Below, one piece after another: positions 14,444-15,916 of a stretch of DNA of 15,916 nt. The notes under the pieces were generated by a model, which searched no databases, was not told where the DNA came from, and saw nothing but the letters and a program-made list of their open reading frames with translations. Origin of the DNA: a virus. Taxonomy: Duplodnaviria > Heunggongvirae > Uroviricota > Caudoviricetes. The translations under genes were made by a program, and so were the position numbers. The stretch is from the IMG/VR virus record IMGVR_UViG_2788499997_000004, one strand, 5' to 3'. How positions within the stretch are numbered: position 1 is the stretch's first letter; every line of letters begins with the position of its first letter.

Positions 14444-14842
14444 ATGAAAGATAAATATACAAAAAGAAGAACTTGCGTCTACAACATCAATTATCATATT
14501 GTCTGGTGTGTCAAATATAGAAAGGGCATACTCACAGATGACATAGCCAAGGAACTAAAAGATATTCTACAACAGACAGCACAGGATAAAGGATTCATTA
14601 TTCACGAATGTGCTGTTGGAGATAGAAATCATGTTCATCTGTTTGTTTCTGCTCCACCAAAGATTGCTCCGTCCTATATAGTCAAAATGCTGAAGGGTAT
14701 CAGTGGCAGAAAGCTATTCATGAATCACCCTGATATTGCCACGAAGCTATATAATGGAACAATATGGAACCATAGCTTCTATATTGAGACGATAGGCTCG
14801 ACAAGCGAAGAAAATATCAGAAAATATATCAATAATCAGTAA
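14444..14842 (+). CDS. tnpA: IS200/IS605 Y1 (HUH) transposase, 132 aa
   Basis: YNINYHIVWCVKYRK, HUH motif NHVHLFV, LKGISGR, W..SFY, catalytic Tyr in IRKYINNQ. Confidence 0.95.
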   Translation: MKDKYTKRRTCVYNINYHIVWCVKYRKGILTDDIAKELKDILQQTAQDKGFIIHECAVGDRNHVHLFVSAPPKIAPSYIVKMLKGISGRKLFMNHPDIATKLYNGTIWNHSFYIETIGSTSEENIRKYINNQ

Positions 14843-14857
14843 ACAGGAGGTGAAAGC

Positions 14858-15916
14858 ATGGCGACAGCCTATAAAGCCTATAAATATAGAATCTATCCTA
14901 CTGATGAACAGGCTGTCATATTTCAGAAGACTTTTGGCTGTTGCCGTTTTATCTGGAACATGATGCTTTCAGATAAGATAGATTACTACAACAAGGAAAA
15001 GAAGATGCTGAAATGCACGCCAGCACAGTATAAGAAAAAATATGATTTTCTAAGAGAGGTCGACTCTCTAGCTCTGACAAATGTTCAATTGAACCTGCAA
15101 AGTGCATTTCAGAAGTTCTTCAAGGAAAAGAAAGCAGGATTTCCTCATTTTCATAGCAAGAAGAATACAAGGAAATCCTATACAACAAACAAGGTAGGCA
15201 ACAATATTGATATCAATGACAGATATATCAAGTTGCCTAAAGTTGGTCTTATCAAGATAAAAAGACATAGAGAACCATATGGTGTACTTAAGTCGGTGAC
15301 AGTATCTCAGACACCAACAGGAAAGTATTTTGTATCTGTTCTTTTCGAGTACGAAAACCAAGTACAGGAAAAGAATGATACAACCAAATCTGTTGGACTG
15401 GACTTTTCCATGAAGGAACTCTATGTTGACAGTTCTGGCCGTGAGCCAAACTATCCGCATTTCTACAGAAAGATGGAAAGAAGGCTTGCCAGAGAGCAGA
15501 GAAAGCTGTCAAAGATGTATAGAAAAGGGCAATTACAGTCCAACAGATATTACAGACAGAAGATAAAGGTCAACAAATTACATGAAAAGATAGCTAATCA
15601 GAGAAAGGACTTTCTGCATAAGCTATCACGACATCTTGTGGATACATATGACTTCATTTGCATTGAAGATGTCGATATGAAATCCATGTCACAATGTCTG
15701 AACTTTGGTAAAAGCGTACATGACAATGGCTGGGGCATGTTTACCAGTATGCTGGCCTACAAATGTGAGGAAGAAGGTAAACATCTTCAGAAGATAGACA
15801 AATGGTATCCAAGTAGCCAGACATGTCATGTGTGCGGGACAGTTCATGATATTACAAAAGACCTGTCTGTCAGGGAATGGACATGCCCAGACTGTCATAC
15901 ACATCACAACAGAGAT
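14858..15916 (+). CDS. tnpB: RNA-guided endonuclease TnpB, 3'-truncated by the window (absent from the ORF track)
   Basis: SD GGAGGTG. I translated 353 uninterrupted codons: MATAYKAYKYRIYPTDEQ, RuvC-I VGLDFSMK, RuvC-II ICIEDV, zinc finger CHVC...CPDC, RuvC-III HNRD at the last bases. Confidence 0.95.
   Translation, partial: MATAYKAYKYRIYPTDEQAVIFQKTFGCCRFIWNMMLSDKIDYYNKEKKMLKCTPAQYKKKYDFLREVDSLALTNVQLNLQSAFQKFFKEKKAGFPHFHSKKNTRKSYTTNKVGNNIDINDRYIKLPKVGLIKIKRHREPYGVLKSVTVSQTPTGKYFVSVLFEYENQVQEKNDTTKSVGLDFSMKELYVDSSGREPNYPHFYRKMERRLAREQRKLSKMYRKGQLQSNRYYRQKIKVNKLHEKIANQRKDFLHKLSRHLVDTYDFICIEDVDMKSMSQCLNFGKSVHDNGWGMFTSMLAYKCEEEGKHLQKIDKWYPSSQTCHVCGTVHDITKDLSVREWTCPDCHTHHNRD

Larger units (their letters stand above)
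14303..15916 (+). mobile_element. IS200/IS605-family element (tnpA-tnpB), right end outside the window
   Basis: Left-end hairpin TAGTCAA...CTCGG..CCGAG...TTGACTA at 14308-14360, followed by tnpA and tnpB. The left junction after TTTAA (14298-14302) is inferred. Confidence 0.9.

Noticed and set aside
15068-15907. Three minus-strand ORFs
   Set aside because: Antisense shadows of tnpB, which the ORF track missed because it lacks a stop within the window.

Overview
AT-rich window from a low-GC Bacillota mobile element (conjugative plasmid/ICE-like; host inferred from composition, SD motifs and protein families). From left to right: (1) The 3' end of a + operon, ending in a coiled-coil + Replic_Relax-like (wHTH/PD-(D/E)xK) protein. 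(2) A convergent 3-gene envelope operon (secreted protein, VanZ-like protein, membrane-anchored protein). (3) About 2.7 kb with no long ORF. It holds a strong promoter driving a ~130-nt terminated RNA, a ~44% GC densely base-paired block, AT-rich iteron-like repeats, and repeated TCAAG-N5-CTTGA operators on divergent promoters for two small hydrophobic ORFs. (4) An AAA_14/DUF4143 ATPase, a single-pass membrane protein and a truncated serine resolvase. (5) A candidate bacteriolysin module: a 774-aa YbfG/YkuG/BacA-like PG-binding + DUF1906 protein, a convergent membrane protein, an ArpU/RinA-like regulator, a holin and a GH25 lysin. The 774-aa gene and the regulator share an identical 15-bp promoter element at identical spacing from a -10 box. 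(6) An IS200/IS605 element (tnpA + tnpB with intact catalytic residues, running off the window) inserted right after the lysin stop codon. All family calls come from motif recognition by eye; no database search was run.
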